DNA from: Mytilus trossulus
Lineage: Eukaryota
Direction of reading: 5' to 3'
NCBI RefSeq assembly: GCF_036588685.1
Contig: NC_086380.1
Span: forward strand, 19,096,001 to 19,160,000
Length of the DNA stretch: 64,000 nt
Shown here: in pieces, positions 37,555-49,861 of the stretch
How the letters are laid out: each line of letters begins with the position of its first letter
How positions within the stretch are numbered: position 1 is the first letter of the stretch
Position numbers and translations under genes: made by a program
Notes under the pieces: model-generated
The model's input: only the letters and a program-made list of their open reading frames with translations
Database searches by the model: none
Told to the model about the DNA's origin: nothing

Positions 37555-40344
37555 TAATGCCGACACATATTTTATGTGCCGGTCACAAGTCATGAGACAT
37601 TAATTCAGTGGTTCTTGCTGGTTGCTGTCTATCGTATTTATTTTCTCGTTTAATGTGTTAAACATTTGGTTATGGTTGGCACTCTTTATTAGGTGTTTGG
37701 TTTTGCTAATTATCAATAGTAGATAATTTAATTTGATCTTCTACAGTTGCTTACATCTATACGTCATTTGGTCTCAAGTGGATAGTTGTCTCATTGTCAT
37801 TCATACCGCATCCTAGTTTAAAATTCACTCTTAATGAAGGACGAAATGTTGCCTGTACCATATTTTTAAATTAAAAACTTCTTTCGATTTATGTATGAAC
37901 ATGGGTGTTTTAGTTCTCAAAAATTGTGGTTTTTACAACTTTTGAATGTAAATATAATTGTACACCTCACATTTTTTAGATAGATATATATATAATATAT
38001 AGGAAGATGTTGTATGAGAGCCAATGAGAAAACTCTCCATCCATATCAGAATTTATAAAGTAAACCATTCTAGGTCGACGTCAATGTACGGTCTACATTT
38101 AACGAACTATCTTCTAAATAAAACTCAGATGATGATGCAAAACAAGAAATTATCACATGGACAAACATGCGTAGTTACTACATGTAGTATACATCGAATC
38201 CTTAGCTTGAAATTGAATGTCTTTATTGTTTTGAGTATTATCAAAGACGTGCACTCCTTAAATGAACGAGTACATGGTTGTAACACAAGTTCAATACTCT
38301 TCAAATTTTGTCTGTAAATAAAACACTGAAAGTAAATCCTTGTGTTTGTAATCAACACTGAACTTTCATTTGAAATCTTGCGTTCTTCGTTTATTTATTG
38401 AAAATTATGTTAAACCTCACATGTGCATTCATCGTACATTTGCATTTATTTTTTTATTTATAAGATAGACAGATTTTTCTCTATTCAACTTACCTTTCTA
38501 CTTAATTTGTAAACAGCTTTTGCGGAATGTGCTTTGCTCAATGTTGAAGGCCGAACGATGACCTATGATTGTTAATTTCTGTGCCATTTGGTCTCTTGTG
38601 CAACAAGAGAGAACACTCTTTAAGCATGAGATTAATTGTCTCAGCTGTTCTTTTCCCTATTCTCTCGTGTCTATGTACAATTTAGTAAAATCTCAATGAC
38701 GAATGTAGGGAAACCAACAGAGTCAGCATAAAAAACTTTCAAGAAAATATAAAATATCAAAATATGCATTTATTACAATATCGAATACAATTTGAGAAAC
38801 AACTAGTGCAGACACATACATTCTAAGGGCACAATCATTTAACCCCGAGTAGGGGGTCTATGTTTTATTCCCAGTAATAAATTATTTTGCTCGAAGCGCT
38901 ATTTTTTTGAAGCTATCAACCAAATAATTGTTTTCTTCAAAATTTAACACTATAATGTATTGGGGATTGGGGAAATAAGGATTACGAATATGTTTTTCAT
39001 CTACTTGCCCACAATATTTTTTTCGTCAAATATGAGATCAGAATATTGTTTAGGAACGAAACATAATCCCCTCTTGAAGTTAAATGGTCTTTCCCTAATT
39101 CACTGACTCACAATTGGCTTTCAATTTGCTTACAATATAAAAAATATACTGTTAATATACATACTAAAGTGTTACTTTACTTATAACATTTTTTGTACAA
39201 GAGATTGACATCAAATTTCGATTGTCACAATTATGCTAATTACCTGAATGTACTGAATGATTAATAAGGTCCTCTATAATTGATTCATAGTTCTTCGAAT
39301 TTGCTCCCATTTACCGTGCCATTAACAGATATTTTCGGGATTATCGACCCATTTTCAGTGAGAGAGATCATCAATTTCATATATCGTATTCCGCAATATC
39401 ACGTCTCCGCTAGCTAAGCGTTACGATCCTACGATCCACTCCCGTTCACGGGATTGGGTCGTAACCCTTGGCTAGCGAAGATGTGACATCAAGGAATACG
39501 AACAAAGACTAAGAATAAGAAGTGTGTGTTCGATTAGTGTGACATATCGTTCTGTAAAAAGACGACCAACACGAGTAAATATCGTAATCACGTGTTATTT
39601 GCGTAATCCATATGTTATATTTGTCACTGGACCTGCTGTAGTCATTTTACAACCTATTATAGTCTATTCTGTCCGCTGTTTGGCTGTGTGGAATGTAACA
39701 ATAAGCTGCCACACCCGATTGGAATGTCCTGGCAAGAATAACGACTTTTTAATATAAAACTCTGGATTAAATGGAATTGGTTGAATACATTGAGTTTATT
39801 TATTACCTTATATTCTTGTATACTATTAATATTTATTTTCACAAGTTAAAAGACTAAGTACTGACGTTAAATCTACACTTTTATTGTTCATTTAAATTTG
39901 AAATTACATAGGACGGAACAAATTCTTAAAGTGCTATTTTCTTATAAAAACCCGTATTTTAATCCAAAAAGAAAATAACATAAAGTTTTAATAAACATTA
40001 TGTTAGATCCTGTTAGGACTACATGAAAAAAAACCTTTTGATTAGATGAGAAAAATATATGGCACTATATTAAAAACAACGATGCTACGTTAACTTAATA
40101 GTAAACCACTTGTTAACATTATCATTTGTTAAGCCAAGAGATATAAAATGATATAGAGTGACATATATATGCTTTTGTATTTTAGTTAGTATACTAAGCT
40201 AAGCCTTCCATATTCGTTTCTACAAATAAGTTCAAAATAACCAGACTTTTTGTATGATAATCTCAAACTGTAAGACACTTTGGCATTTGAAGCAATGAGA
40301 CAATGAGGCGAGACACCTTGAATCGAGTATTTTGTCCTTTTCTA

Positions 40345-40571
40345 TCACTTTTGCTTTTTACTTTTGGCAATATTGACAATATTTACAATCTTATAATATC
40401 TTTGATAACAGCAGTATAAAATTACAGCGTTGACTATATAAGTAGAAACACACACCACACACACATCATCTAGTATATATACTATTATATACGCCAGGTA
40501 GGCGGAGCCAAAGTTCGCCACAATACTTGTTCCTAAAGCTAAGCTTGCTAGACTGCCGGATACCGTCATTG
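40345..40571 (-). CDS. VKORC1: Vitamin K epoxide reductase, exon 3 (CXXC active site)
   Basis: GSAYLAYIIVYILDDVCVVCVSTY; basic C-terminus KSKKQK*. Confidence 0.93.
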
Positions 40572-40829
40572 CTGAAATAAACAAAATAAAAGTATTTTAT
40601 GGGCAACATACCCTGAGGCAAAACATGTTCTTAAATCGTACATTTTAATATTAGTATTGTGTTCAACTAATTCGTATCGTACGTTATGAACTAGTTTTGC
40701 ACATGGTAAGTTATACGTCTATTGTGTTATAACATAAACGCTAATCATTTGTATGCAACAGATGCGCATTTCAACAATAAATGTCTCTTCAGTGTTAATC
40801 GAGGCCAACATATCTGAAAATATTAAGCT

Positions 40830-41340
40830 TATCTTGATACGATATTCCCGGGACTGTGTTTCTAGCTATCATGATTTCCTTGATAGAGGGTTGCTGCTCA
40901 CAAGGAAGCTATATAACCAAGAGTTCAAAATGGTAAAGACGAAATCATCCCTTTGTAAATTTTACGGACGCCATCATGAGTCGTTTGGCCGTTATGGAAA
41001 TCCTGTTTCGCAGATGATTTCGGATATGTTCCTTATGTCGTGACTAAAATCCCTTTTTCACGATACGACTATCAGAACTAATCTATTTACCGGGTTTGTA
41101 ATAATAAACATGAGCAATACGACGGTTGTCACATGTGGAGAAGGATCTGCTTACTCTACCGGAGCACATGAGATCACCCCAAGTTTTTGGTGGTGTTCGT
41201 GTTGTTTAGTCCTTAGTTTTCTATGCAGTGTCTTGTGTACTTTTATGTGTCTGTTTGTCCTTTATCTTTTTCAGTCATGGCAGTGTCGGTTTATTTTCGA
41301 TCTATGAGTATGACTGTCTCTCTGGTATCTTTCGCCCCTC
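40830..41340 (+). mobile_element. Penelope-like retroelement 3' fragment in VKORC1 intron 2
   Basis: LIRYSR.C..YHDFLDRGLLLTRKL.NQ.F....KSSL.KFYGRHH. Confidence 0.65.
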
Positions 41341-41614
41341 TTTTATCAAAAGGAGGAAGAGCGTTAAAGAAAAATAGACATAAAGTAGAGCAAAATCAGG
41401 GCAAGGAATCAGAGCTCTGCATGAGTGAAACATGTTCTTTAATTTTAAATAATTTCCAAAATTTTGTAACAGCAAACTTAAATAACACAAAATCCGTATT
41501 GTCATGCTAGTTCCGAAGTACTGGCTACTGGGCTTGTGATACCCTCGACTCCATCAAGTACTTAAAACAAAATATCTTTGCGCAAATCGAAAATCTTATT
41601 AATTAAAGACATAC

Positions 41615-41724
41615 CACATATTATTTGAAGGATGTAGAACATCATACCAAAAATACTATTTGGTTGATTTAGTACACTTGTTTTTCCGACGATGTACTCC
41701 AATAATCCAAAACCTTTTCCGTAC
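41615..41724 (-). CDS. VKORC1: VKORC1 exon 2
   Basis: [33 protein letters not shown]; 110 nt; AG/GTATGT. Confidence 0.95.
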
Positions 41725-42316
41725 CTGAAGATAATAAACAAAAATTCAATCCTCAACATTTTACCGCACATCTTGATAATATAAATAATGGTGTAAACAC
41801 TATTTTTAATTAATTTATATCTTTATATTTTATAGTTGAAAAAAATCAACTGACTATGTTCTCGTACTGCGTGGATATACATTTAAAATGTGTTCGAAGT
41901 TTATATACAGTCAGTCCATCGTCATCATCATTTTAAGATAACCAAGATGCGTAATATTTCGTGAATGTGTGACAAAGTTTCATCTGTAAAAAAAACTTAA
42001 ACCACAGACTTAGCCTAAATTTGACGATACGGTGCCATCGACTAAGTTGACAAGGCGAATTCAAAATACCGGTAAAGTTTGATCTAATTTCAGATTGGAA
42101 TGAAACAATGAGGCATGAACTCAGAAACAAAATATCGATTGTAGTATTCATATTAAACAAGTATCATGATTGCATCACACATCAGTTTTTAAATGACTCC
42201 TGATTAAACGAAATGTTAAAGCAGTGTCTGCATAAGGTTTTGTGACAATGATTTCGGAAATTATAATATAAACCTAGGTAATTGACACTTAGTTCTAGAT
42301 CAGTAGACAAATGTAA

Positions 42317-42555
42317 ATCGGTGGTCTCGTAGTCGTCAGTTCGAACACTGGCCGAGTCAAACCAAATACTGTACAGTTTGTTTTGCTGCTACTCCAGTAA
42401 GCAGAAGGCAAACTAAGGAGTAAGAGCAAAGACTGGTCGTCTCTGAGTCAGAATAATGTGTCCGGGTAGGGTGACATGTCTTCTTGTGGACTGTTTCTTT
42501 GTTAACTAGCACGTTAAAAATTCAACACAGCATGTCAATCTAATACTAAGCAGTA
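42317..42555 (+). mobile_element. Degenerate molluscan tRNA-SINE
   Basis: B-box-like GTTCGAAC followed by GGAGTAAGAGCAAAGACTGG...ATAATGTGTCCG core. Confidence 0.5.
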
Positions 42556-43567
42556 TATATATATATTCATATCGCACTAGCATAGCATTATCCTCAATCT
42601 GAATTCAGTTTGCCAGTAGACGTTAAATAGCCAACCAGCCATCTATCCATCCACAGAAGAAATTCAGTTTGCCAGTAGATGTTTAATAGCCAACCACCCA
42701 TGGCCATCTATCCATCCACAGAAGAATCCTTCTTAGAATACAACTGTCTGTTTACAAAAATATAACAGATACATCTGGTTAGGCCAAAAAAAATTAATAC
42801 ATGTGTTTCAGCTAAACCTACCCTTAGCCTAGTTTTTAGTGCCTACCCTAACACTTTTTATGTCATTTTGGAACAAGCACTGGATAAAGACAAACTGATT
42901 CCCTTGTAGTAACCAGCTAAAAAATGTGTGTTAAATAAAACGATATTGCCTACCTACCTATCCTCAACAACAAAAAATCAGCACATTAGTTGAAACACAT
43001 ATTTAAGTGACATTCTTAATAAAAAAAATATATTTTTTTATAGTAACAAACTCCATAAAAATATGATGTTCAAGTGAACATGTGGCTACTTCCTTTTTAA
43101 ACACCTAACTTCGTTCTCAAGCTTTTCATGATATTCATTTTAATGCTTCCTACCGTAAAATCAATCTTGTACATATTTGAATTTTGTGAAAAAAAATTAA
43201 TTACCATGTATATTTTCATACACTTACAGTTGTATAGATACTTATTATTATTGTAAGACATTTTTTTTCATAATTATTTTAATAAAGTTACAAATTGTCA
43301 GAGAAGACAAAACAATGAAGTCTAAAAGAAATATAAAACGTTTGTTACTAGATAAAAAATTACAACAATTATAATTGTAAATATTTGAAAAAATAAAATT
43401 AAAGGTGACTTTTGCCATTGTGTCACGACATTTACCATAACAATGGAACTTTAAAAGTACTGAACAGGCTTTTATTTCTACATTTCAATAGTACATGTAT
43501 GCGGCAACCCTCAGAACTTTGTTAAAGGAAACGATAAATGATCATATAACAAATTCGATAATTCTTT

Positions 43568-44049
43568 TGTAACCGGAGAGCACTAATTTCATTACAAAAT
43601 TGCTTGGATCCACCGGGACTCGAACCCGGGACCTCTGTATTACAAGGCAGCGCGCTAACCGACTGAGCTAAAGAAGTACTTCCTTAGCTCAAACGCTTAC
43701 GGCTGACTAAGTATCTACTAAGTTTCTAAGGGAAGCAACCCCGTCACACTTCCCCCACCTCAAGCGTCATTATACTCTATAATGATGATATTTTCATCTT
43801 TTTTATATTTATATTTTAACCTGGCTAGGTAATTCTTCTAACCGTGGGTTATTCTTGTTGGGCGCCAATGTAACCGGAGAGCACTAATTTCATTACAAAA
43901 TTGCTTGGATCCACCGGGACTCGAACCCGGGACCTCTGTATTACAAGGCAGCGCGCTAACCGACTGAGCTAAAGAAGTACTTCCTTAGCTCAAACGCTTA
44001 CGGCTGACTAAGTATCTACTAAGTTTCTAAGGGAAGCAACCCCGTCACA
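43568..44049 (-). mobile_element. TRIM (miniature non-autonomous LTR element) with tRNA-containing LTRs
   Basis: Two identical 181-bp TG...CA LTRs (43568-43748, 43869-44049); 120-bp interior with PBS TGGCGCCCAAC and PPT AGGTGGGGGAAG; 4-bp TSD CTTT. Confidence 0.93.
43605..43677 (-). other. tRNA-Thr(TGT)-like sequence inside the 3' LTR (second copy at 43906-43978)
   Basis: TAGCTCAGTCGGTTAG A box, CTTGTAA loop, perfect T-arm CCGGG-TTCGAGT-CCCGG; imperfect anticodon and acceptor stems. Confidence 0.75.
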
Positions 44050-44340
44050 CTTTTATCATTTCACTGAAGTGTATTAGACCACTGTTTCCCTGCAATAAAT
44101 AACCTTTGAAAATGATATACTCGCGATGAACGGTTTATTGGTGAATTTAGAGTTATTCCCCTTCAATATAGCCAAGAATTTAAAAAAGACGTTCTTTTAC
44201 CAGGAAACGACTTTAAAATTATACCAAACTAGGAAATACATAGTTTGAGACCAGTATTGTAAAATAGAAGGAATTTTTTTGTATATACTTTGTAATCTAT
44301 TCAATATTTGTAAAACTTATAAACGCTGACGTGTACTTAC

Positions 44341-44534
44341 TTTGATGTAAACACTTTAGAACAGCTCATTTTAGGATTTATGTCACACCATGCTTTAAAA
44401 CTTGAGTCTCCCTCTGCGTGAATTTCAACATAAAGTGCGTACACGGACAATAGCATTCCAACTGTGCAGAATATAAGCAAGACATTGCCAAATAAACGTG
44501 CAGATTTACGTAGCTGAGTTGCTTCGTTTGCCAT
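44341..44534 (-). CDS. VKORC1: VKORC1 exon 1
   Basis: GMLLSVYALYVE...AWCDINPKMSCSKVFTSK; total CDS 531 nt = 176 aa. Confidence 0.95.
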
Positions 44535-44833
44535 TGTTTATATTGACGCTTATGTCAATGAAAACATTATTTTTTATAATCAAACAACATTTACATATAA
44601 TAGCTATATTAATAAATATGAATTAATTCACTTTAATCTGAACCTTTAAAAAATCTAAAAGATAGTTTTTATGTTGAATATAAATGCTTTTTATCTGGCT
44701 TATTTGCAATGATAAAATCGATCTACACAAAGGTCAATAAATATCACGTGTGACGTCCTACATTTTGACTTTTTTTGTCGACCTTACAAATAGTCTAAAC
44801 ATTTCCTCCGTTGTGTCAGAGCTTGTGTTAATC
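44535..44833. promoter_or_regulatory. Putative bidirectional promoter, VKORC1/GST-theta
   Basis: 299 bp between divergent ATGs; adjacent TCACGTG and TGACGTC motifs at about 44744-44757. Confidence 0.6.
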
Positions 44834-44945
44834 ATGGTTATTAGATATTTCTACGATTTGATGTCCCAGCCATCGAGAGCAGTTTACATTTTTCTGAAAA
44901 TTAACAAAATTCCATTCGAACCAAAAGCAGTTGCTCTAAGAAAAG
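44834..44945 (+). CDS. GSTT1: Glutathione S-transferase theta class, exon 1
   Basis: MVIRYFYDLMSQPSRAVYIF (theta SQPSR catalytic Ser); 112 nt; GTATGT donor. Confidence 0.93.
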
Positions 44946-45525
44946 GTATGTATGACATGTATGGCATATTTGTATTATTTAAAGTTTCATGTTAGTACCG
45001 TATGTATTCTATAATTTATGTCGAACGGGTAACTTTATCAAGGACTCAAACGCCTTTTGCTGGACGGCTCAGTCACGCGAGATCAGTTGGTACCGCCAGT
45101 CATAGATGCAACGTTAACACCCATGGGTATTACATATATATGGTACCGTAAACATGTTTATAATAATTTATGTCGAACGGGTAACTTATGATCAAGGACT
45201 CCTCGATCATTTCATTTGCATTTTTTTTTAATTATCACACGCCTTTTACTGGACGGCTCAGTCACGCGAGATCAGTTGAAAGGTATGGAAAAATCATATT
45301 ATTAAAAAGAAATAAAGTGAAGGGATACCTATGGTGAACTTTGACGTGGTTGTCATTATATAGATGTGTGTCTTTTTTATACTGATGCATGAATTTTATT
45401 AAATTTTTAATATTTATTTTGCATTTTTCTATGATCTTGCCAACAGAGACGTATTGTTTTAAATGTCTTGATGTGTATACGTAGAGCTGCATGTTGCCAG
45501 TTGTACTTGTGACTTAGAAACTTAA

Positions 45526-46145
45526 GGGCATACGATACAGTTACAGGGGAGGTAATGACGTTGCTAACGTAAAATGTTATTTTCGCGACGTCAAACGGTG
45601 ACATATCGGGAAAAGATGCATTTTTCGACTGATTTTTATCATTCAAACTGATTTAATTTGAAAACGAGTTCATGGACCCCTATTTTTCAAAACAGCAATT
45701 TGTTTCATTTTGCAGGGAGATTATGTGACCCAAATTTTATAAAACTGTAAATAGAGGATTTTTTTTTATTTTGATAAACATGCAGCAAAAAATGACGTAT
45801 TTTTCTCAATTCATGAACATTTGATAAATATGAGTTATTTCTGAATGAAAAATGCATAATTTATTTAGAATACTTATAAAATACAGAAATTACCGATTAT
45901 TTAACAAAAAACAATTTGTGTTTATCTTTTATAACAAAAAAGTTATGTCTTTCTTTCGAAAAAGAAATTACGTCCACAAATCTGAATTTTGAGCAAATAT
46001 ACAAAATTTCGACCTCATTTTACTCAAAAAGTAGCACATGAAGGTATATTTTTTATTACATATTTGATTTAAACAGGTAAAAAATAGCCTACATGCAAAT
46101 TTTCACGAACTTGTAAATACAGGATCAAAACTGTATCGTATGCCC
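45526..46145. mobile_element. Kolobok-like MITE
   Basis: TTAA|GGGCATACGATACAGTT ... AACTGTATCGTATGCCC|TTAA. Confidence 0.85.
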
Positions 46146-46158
46146 TTAATACAGTAAC

Positions 46159-46308
46159 CATTGGCGGATCCAGGGGTATCCGGGGGGTTGGAACCCCCTT
46201 TTTTGGACGATCAATGCATTTGAATGGGAGCATGTACATATAGTTGGAATCCCCCCTTTTACTCTGGGTTGGGAACCCCCCTTTTTAAAATGGCTGGATC
46301 CGCCCCTG
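46159..46308. mobile_element. 150-bp MITE with 5-bp flanking repeat GTAAC
   Basis: CATTGGCGGATCCAG ... CTGGATCCGCCCCTG. Confidence 0.7.
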
Positions 46309-46879
46309 GTAACAGTACTAGTAGTATAATGTTGGTCACAAATTGTATACAAGCGTTTTAAAGGAAAGACTATGTATATATGTGAATATTATAATGATTA
46401 AATTAGGTATACATTTGTAAGTGGTTTAGATGATGAAATAGACAGATTTTTTCTTATAGTTTTTGGATTCATGCAATGCGCCTTTTTATTGGGTAGCAAC
46501 ATAGAAAAAGTATCAGCAATTCATTATCATACCAAAGTCAAACATGATAACGTAGCCTATTCTATAGTGATGTTTCATTATTTGAACTAACTGATAAAGA
46601 ATTTCAATATATAGGTTTTACAAGGAAAGAAACTTTATATATAATATTTGAATAGCACTAAAGATTAAGTCCGACGCTGTTTGATTGAATTAATCGATGC
46701 ACTTTTTTCTATAAGTACAATGACTTGTAATTGTTTACATCAACACCCTTTGATTTTTTTGATAGCACAATTCTATGTGTTGATACTAGTGAGTATCTTA
46801 AATGATAGATTCATAATGTACATTTTAATTTACTCTGGATTTTAACGCCAACATAAATCCGCCAATTTTTTTTTTATAG

Positions 46880-46967
46880 GAGAGCATTATTCGGACGAAT
46901 ACAAGAAAGTTAACCCTTTCAGCTTAGTGCCTGTTCTCGATGATAATGGATTTATTTTAACAGAAAG
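46880..46967 (+). CDS. GSTT1: GST theta exon 2
   Basis: EHYSDEYKKVNPFSLVPVLDDNGFILTE(S); 88 nt. Confidence 0.95.
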
Positions 46968-47064
46968 GTAAACATTGTGATCAATAGACCAAATCAAGGG
47001 TCAGATACTATCTAGAGGTTCTCATACGGTTTTCAAAAATCTTCTGGTTAGTTTTTTTTGTGTT

Positions 47065-47390
47065 TTTTTTATGCCCCACCTACGATAGTTTTTTTTTATG
47101 CCCCACCTACGATAGTAGAGGGGCATTATGTTTTCTGGTCTGTGGGTCCGTTCGCTCGTTCGTCCGTCCGTTCGTTCGTCATTTCGTTCGTCCTTTCGTT
47201 CGTCTCTCCGTTCGTCCGTCTGTTCGTCCGTCCGTTTGTCCCGCTTCAGGTTAAAGTTTTTGGTCAAGGTAGTTTTTGATGAAGTTGAATTCCAATCACA
47301 TGTTCCTTATTGTATGAGCTTTCTTATTTTAATGCCAAATCAGTGATTTTCCCATTTTCACGGTCCATGGATCATAGAAAATGATAGTAA
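47065..47390 (-). mobile_element. HINE/Helentron-like repeat with (CGTT/CGTC)n microsatellite
   Basis: ATGCCCCACCTACGATAGTAGAGGGGCAT hairpin plus microsatellite; same family as 51652-52080. Confidence 0.65.
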
Positions 47391-48284
47391 TTAAATGCCC
47401 TCAATATTAATAGTTTTATAGTAGGGCGAACAGACTCTATGGGCGAACGAACTCGACCGAACGGACCTAAGGCGAACGGTCCCGATACCTCCGTGTACTA
47501 TGAACACATTCTTTCGATCTATATATATATTTTTCCCAATATTTAGTAGATTTTTCTTTCTGGAAATGGTTGACATACACTGATACGAACCACACAAAGT
47601 AAATGTTTTACTAATTATAGTTTTATTTTACCGTATTTGTTAGACTATAAATATCTATTTCAATCACTAACATCAGAAGCTATCAAGAAAACAAGAAAAT
47701 ACCGGAAATTTGAACCATCTTTAACAGAAAGTACTGAAACATACATAGTAGACTTGCGTGCATTGACAAACTTTCTTATCCTTTGATGAGGAATAAAAAA
47801 TGACCAATCAATCTATTATTTCAGAAATTGACCATTTTAGTAGAACTAATGTATGAAAAGTTGGCCCTACCTCTTTGACTGATATTAAACATATCTGTCC
47901 AAGTATATACAAAATTGATTCATATTAACATTTATTCGTTTCAATTGACATTAAGTTGCGTCCAGGATTTGATTGACCACTTTCAGCTCTATTGGCATCT
48001 GCATGGCGGCCAGTTTGTATTGGGAGCGTGAGTGTCCTTCGTTATAAAAACTGACAACCCTTGTTACTTTAGATTGAAGTTCTAACTAATATTAATTTTA
48101 TAAAAAAAAAACAGGACGGGCATAATGGTTTTATTAGGTTAAGATTCTTGAAACTTTTTAATATATATTTGATATATGGTTTCGGAGAAGTTGCTGATAC
48201 AAAAATGAAACTTAAACAAACATTTGGGGAGGTTATTATTCTACCTTTTCATACTGAGGAATAATGAAAACTTGAATTTTTCAG

Positions 48285-48438
48285 TGTTGCCATTTTGAAA
48301 TATTTGGTAGCAAAGTATAACTTACCAGAGCACTGGTATCCTAGAACGAACTTACAAGCCCAAGCAAGAGTAGACGAATATATGAACTGGCAACATTGGA
48401 ATACCAGGCTGAAGTCAGCATATCTCTTCAGGAATCTG
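48285..48438 (+). CDS. GSTT1: GST theta exon 3
   Basis: VAILKYLVAKYNLPEHWYP...ARVDEYMNWQHWNTR; 154 nt. Confidence 0.95.
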
Positions 48439-49516
48439 GTAATTTTCTTAATTTTTGGATACATATTTATCTAATTTGATGAGTTCGAAAACTTTAAAAT
48501 ATCCTTCACCAGAAAACAGACAGAAGGATGCGAAATCAAAAGATTAGTAATTTTTTTTATATTGAGGTCACTATATGGTTTTCAATAATCCATCTGTGTC
48601 TATACCATATGTCATCTCCCGAGTAAGTACATGTTTTATTAAAGACACTACTACTATTGCAGTCGTCTTCTTCATCTGCCCTACGATGACTGTATGAATT
48701 ATTAATCTCGTTAGTAGTGGTCGATTACGGGAAGTATGCGGTTGAGACACTATGATCAGAGAATTTCCACCAATTTCCGTAACAAGACTACCAAGTGTAG
48801 CCACTGACGAGGTTTCATACTTGGAAAAAAAGTAGAAAATTAAACTTCAAGACAAATTCAGAAATAAATATTTCAAGCTACATGTAGTAGTATAATTATC
48901 TGTATTTTGGACAATAAAAACAACAAAAAACATTCCTAAAACACTCAAGAATGCTGACAATTACCGATAGCAAGCGCCAAACACCTAGATTGGTTTATAT
49001 GTAGAAATCTTGCTCGCCTACACTCTAAAATCGACCTCTCTATTGTCGTGTAGATTTTATACAATCCACAGATATTAAAGGAAAACCTCAAAATTACAAA
49101 AATGCAATGCGTTTGCAAGAAGAGTATACTTTTATGTTATAGGGGGAGGGTTGATATCTCACAAAACATGTTTAACGCCTCAGCATTTTTGCACCTGTCT
49201 CAAGTCAGGAGCCTCTTGCCTTGGTTGGTCTTGGTTTTTTTTAAATTTTAAATCATTTATATGTTTGGTGTGATGTCCTATTTCATTTAACTAGTACATA
49301 TTTTGTTAAGAGTCTAGCTGAAGGCTGTGTTGCTGACCCATTGGTGGTCTGCTCGTTGGTCGGGTTGTTGTTAATTTAATTCATTCCCCATTTCCATTCT
49401 CAATATGATGTAACACATATGTGTTACTTCCAGTAGTGCTGATATGATCAAATCGCCGTTTCAGAATATAAGTAAACAAAAGAACATATAAATGATGACT
49501 GAACTTATCTTTCCAG

Positions 49517-49861
49517 TTGATTGAACCAAAAGCTTTGAGTAGACCAGTTGATTGGGATAAAGTAGAACAATTTAGAACAGAAGTAAGGAAAACTGTAAAA
49601 TTCTTAGAAAATGTTTGGCTGAAAGATCAACCTTTCCTTTGCGGACAAGAAATTTCTGTAGCTGATATCCTTGGAATCTGTGAATTAATACAGCTGTATG
49701 CTGTCAATGAAGAGTATTTGTATGAAGAGAATTCTGTAGTCAAAGCATGGATGGATCGAGTTAAAGAGAGGCTACAGCCTCACTTTGACGAAGCTCACAA
49801 ACTGACATACAGGACACGTGAAATGTACCCAATGATCAAAGAGCAACTAGCCAAACTGTAA
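49517..49861 (+). CDS. GSTT1: GST theta exon 4 (last)
   Basis: FLCGQEISVADILGICEL...WMDRVK; total CDS 699 nt = 232 aa. Confidence 0.95.
   Translation: MIEPKALSRPVDWDKVEQFRTEVRKTVKFLENVWLKDQPFLCGQEISVADILGICELIQLYAVNEEYLYEENSVVKAWMDRVKERLQPHFDEAHKLTYRTREMYPMIKEQLAKL

Noticed and set aside
43605-43978. Two functional tRNA-Thr genes
   Set aside because: Anticodon and acceptor stems are imperfect and both copies are embedded in LTRs
47022-47346. Several low-complexity ORFs
   Set aside because: Translations of the (CGTT/CGTC)n microsatellite of a HINE repeat
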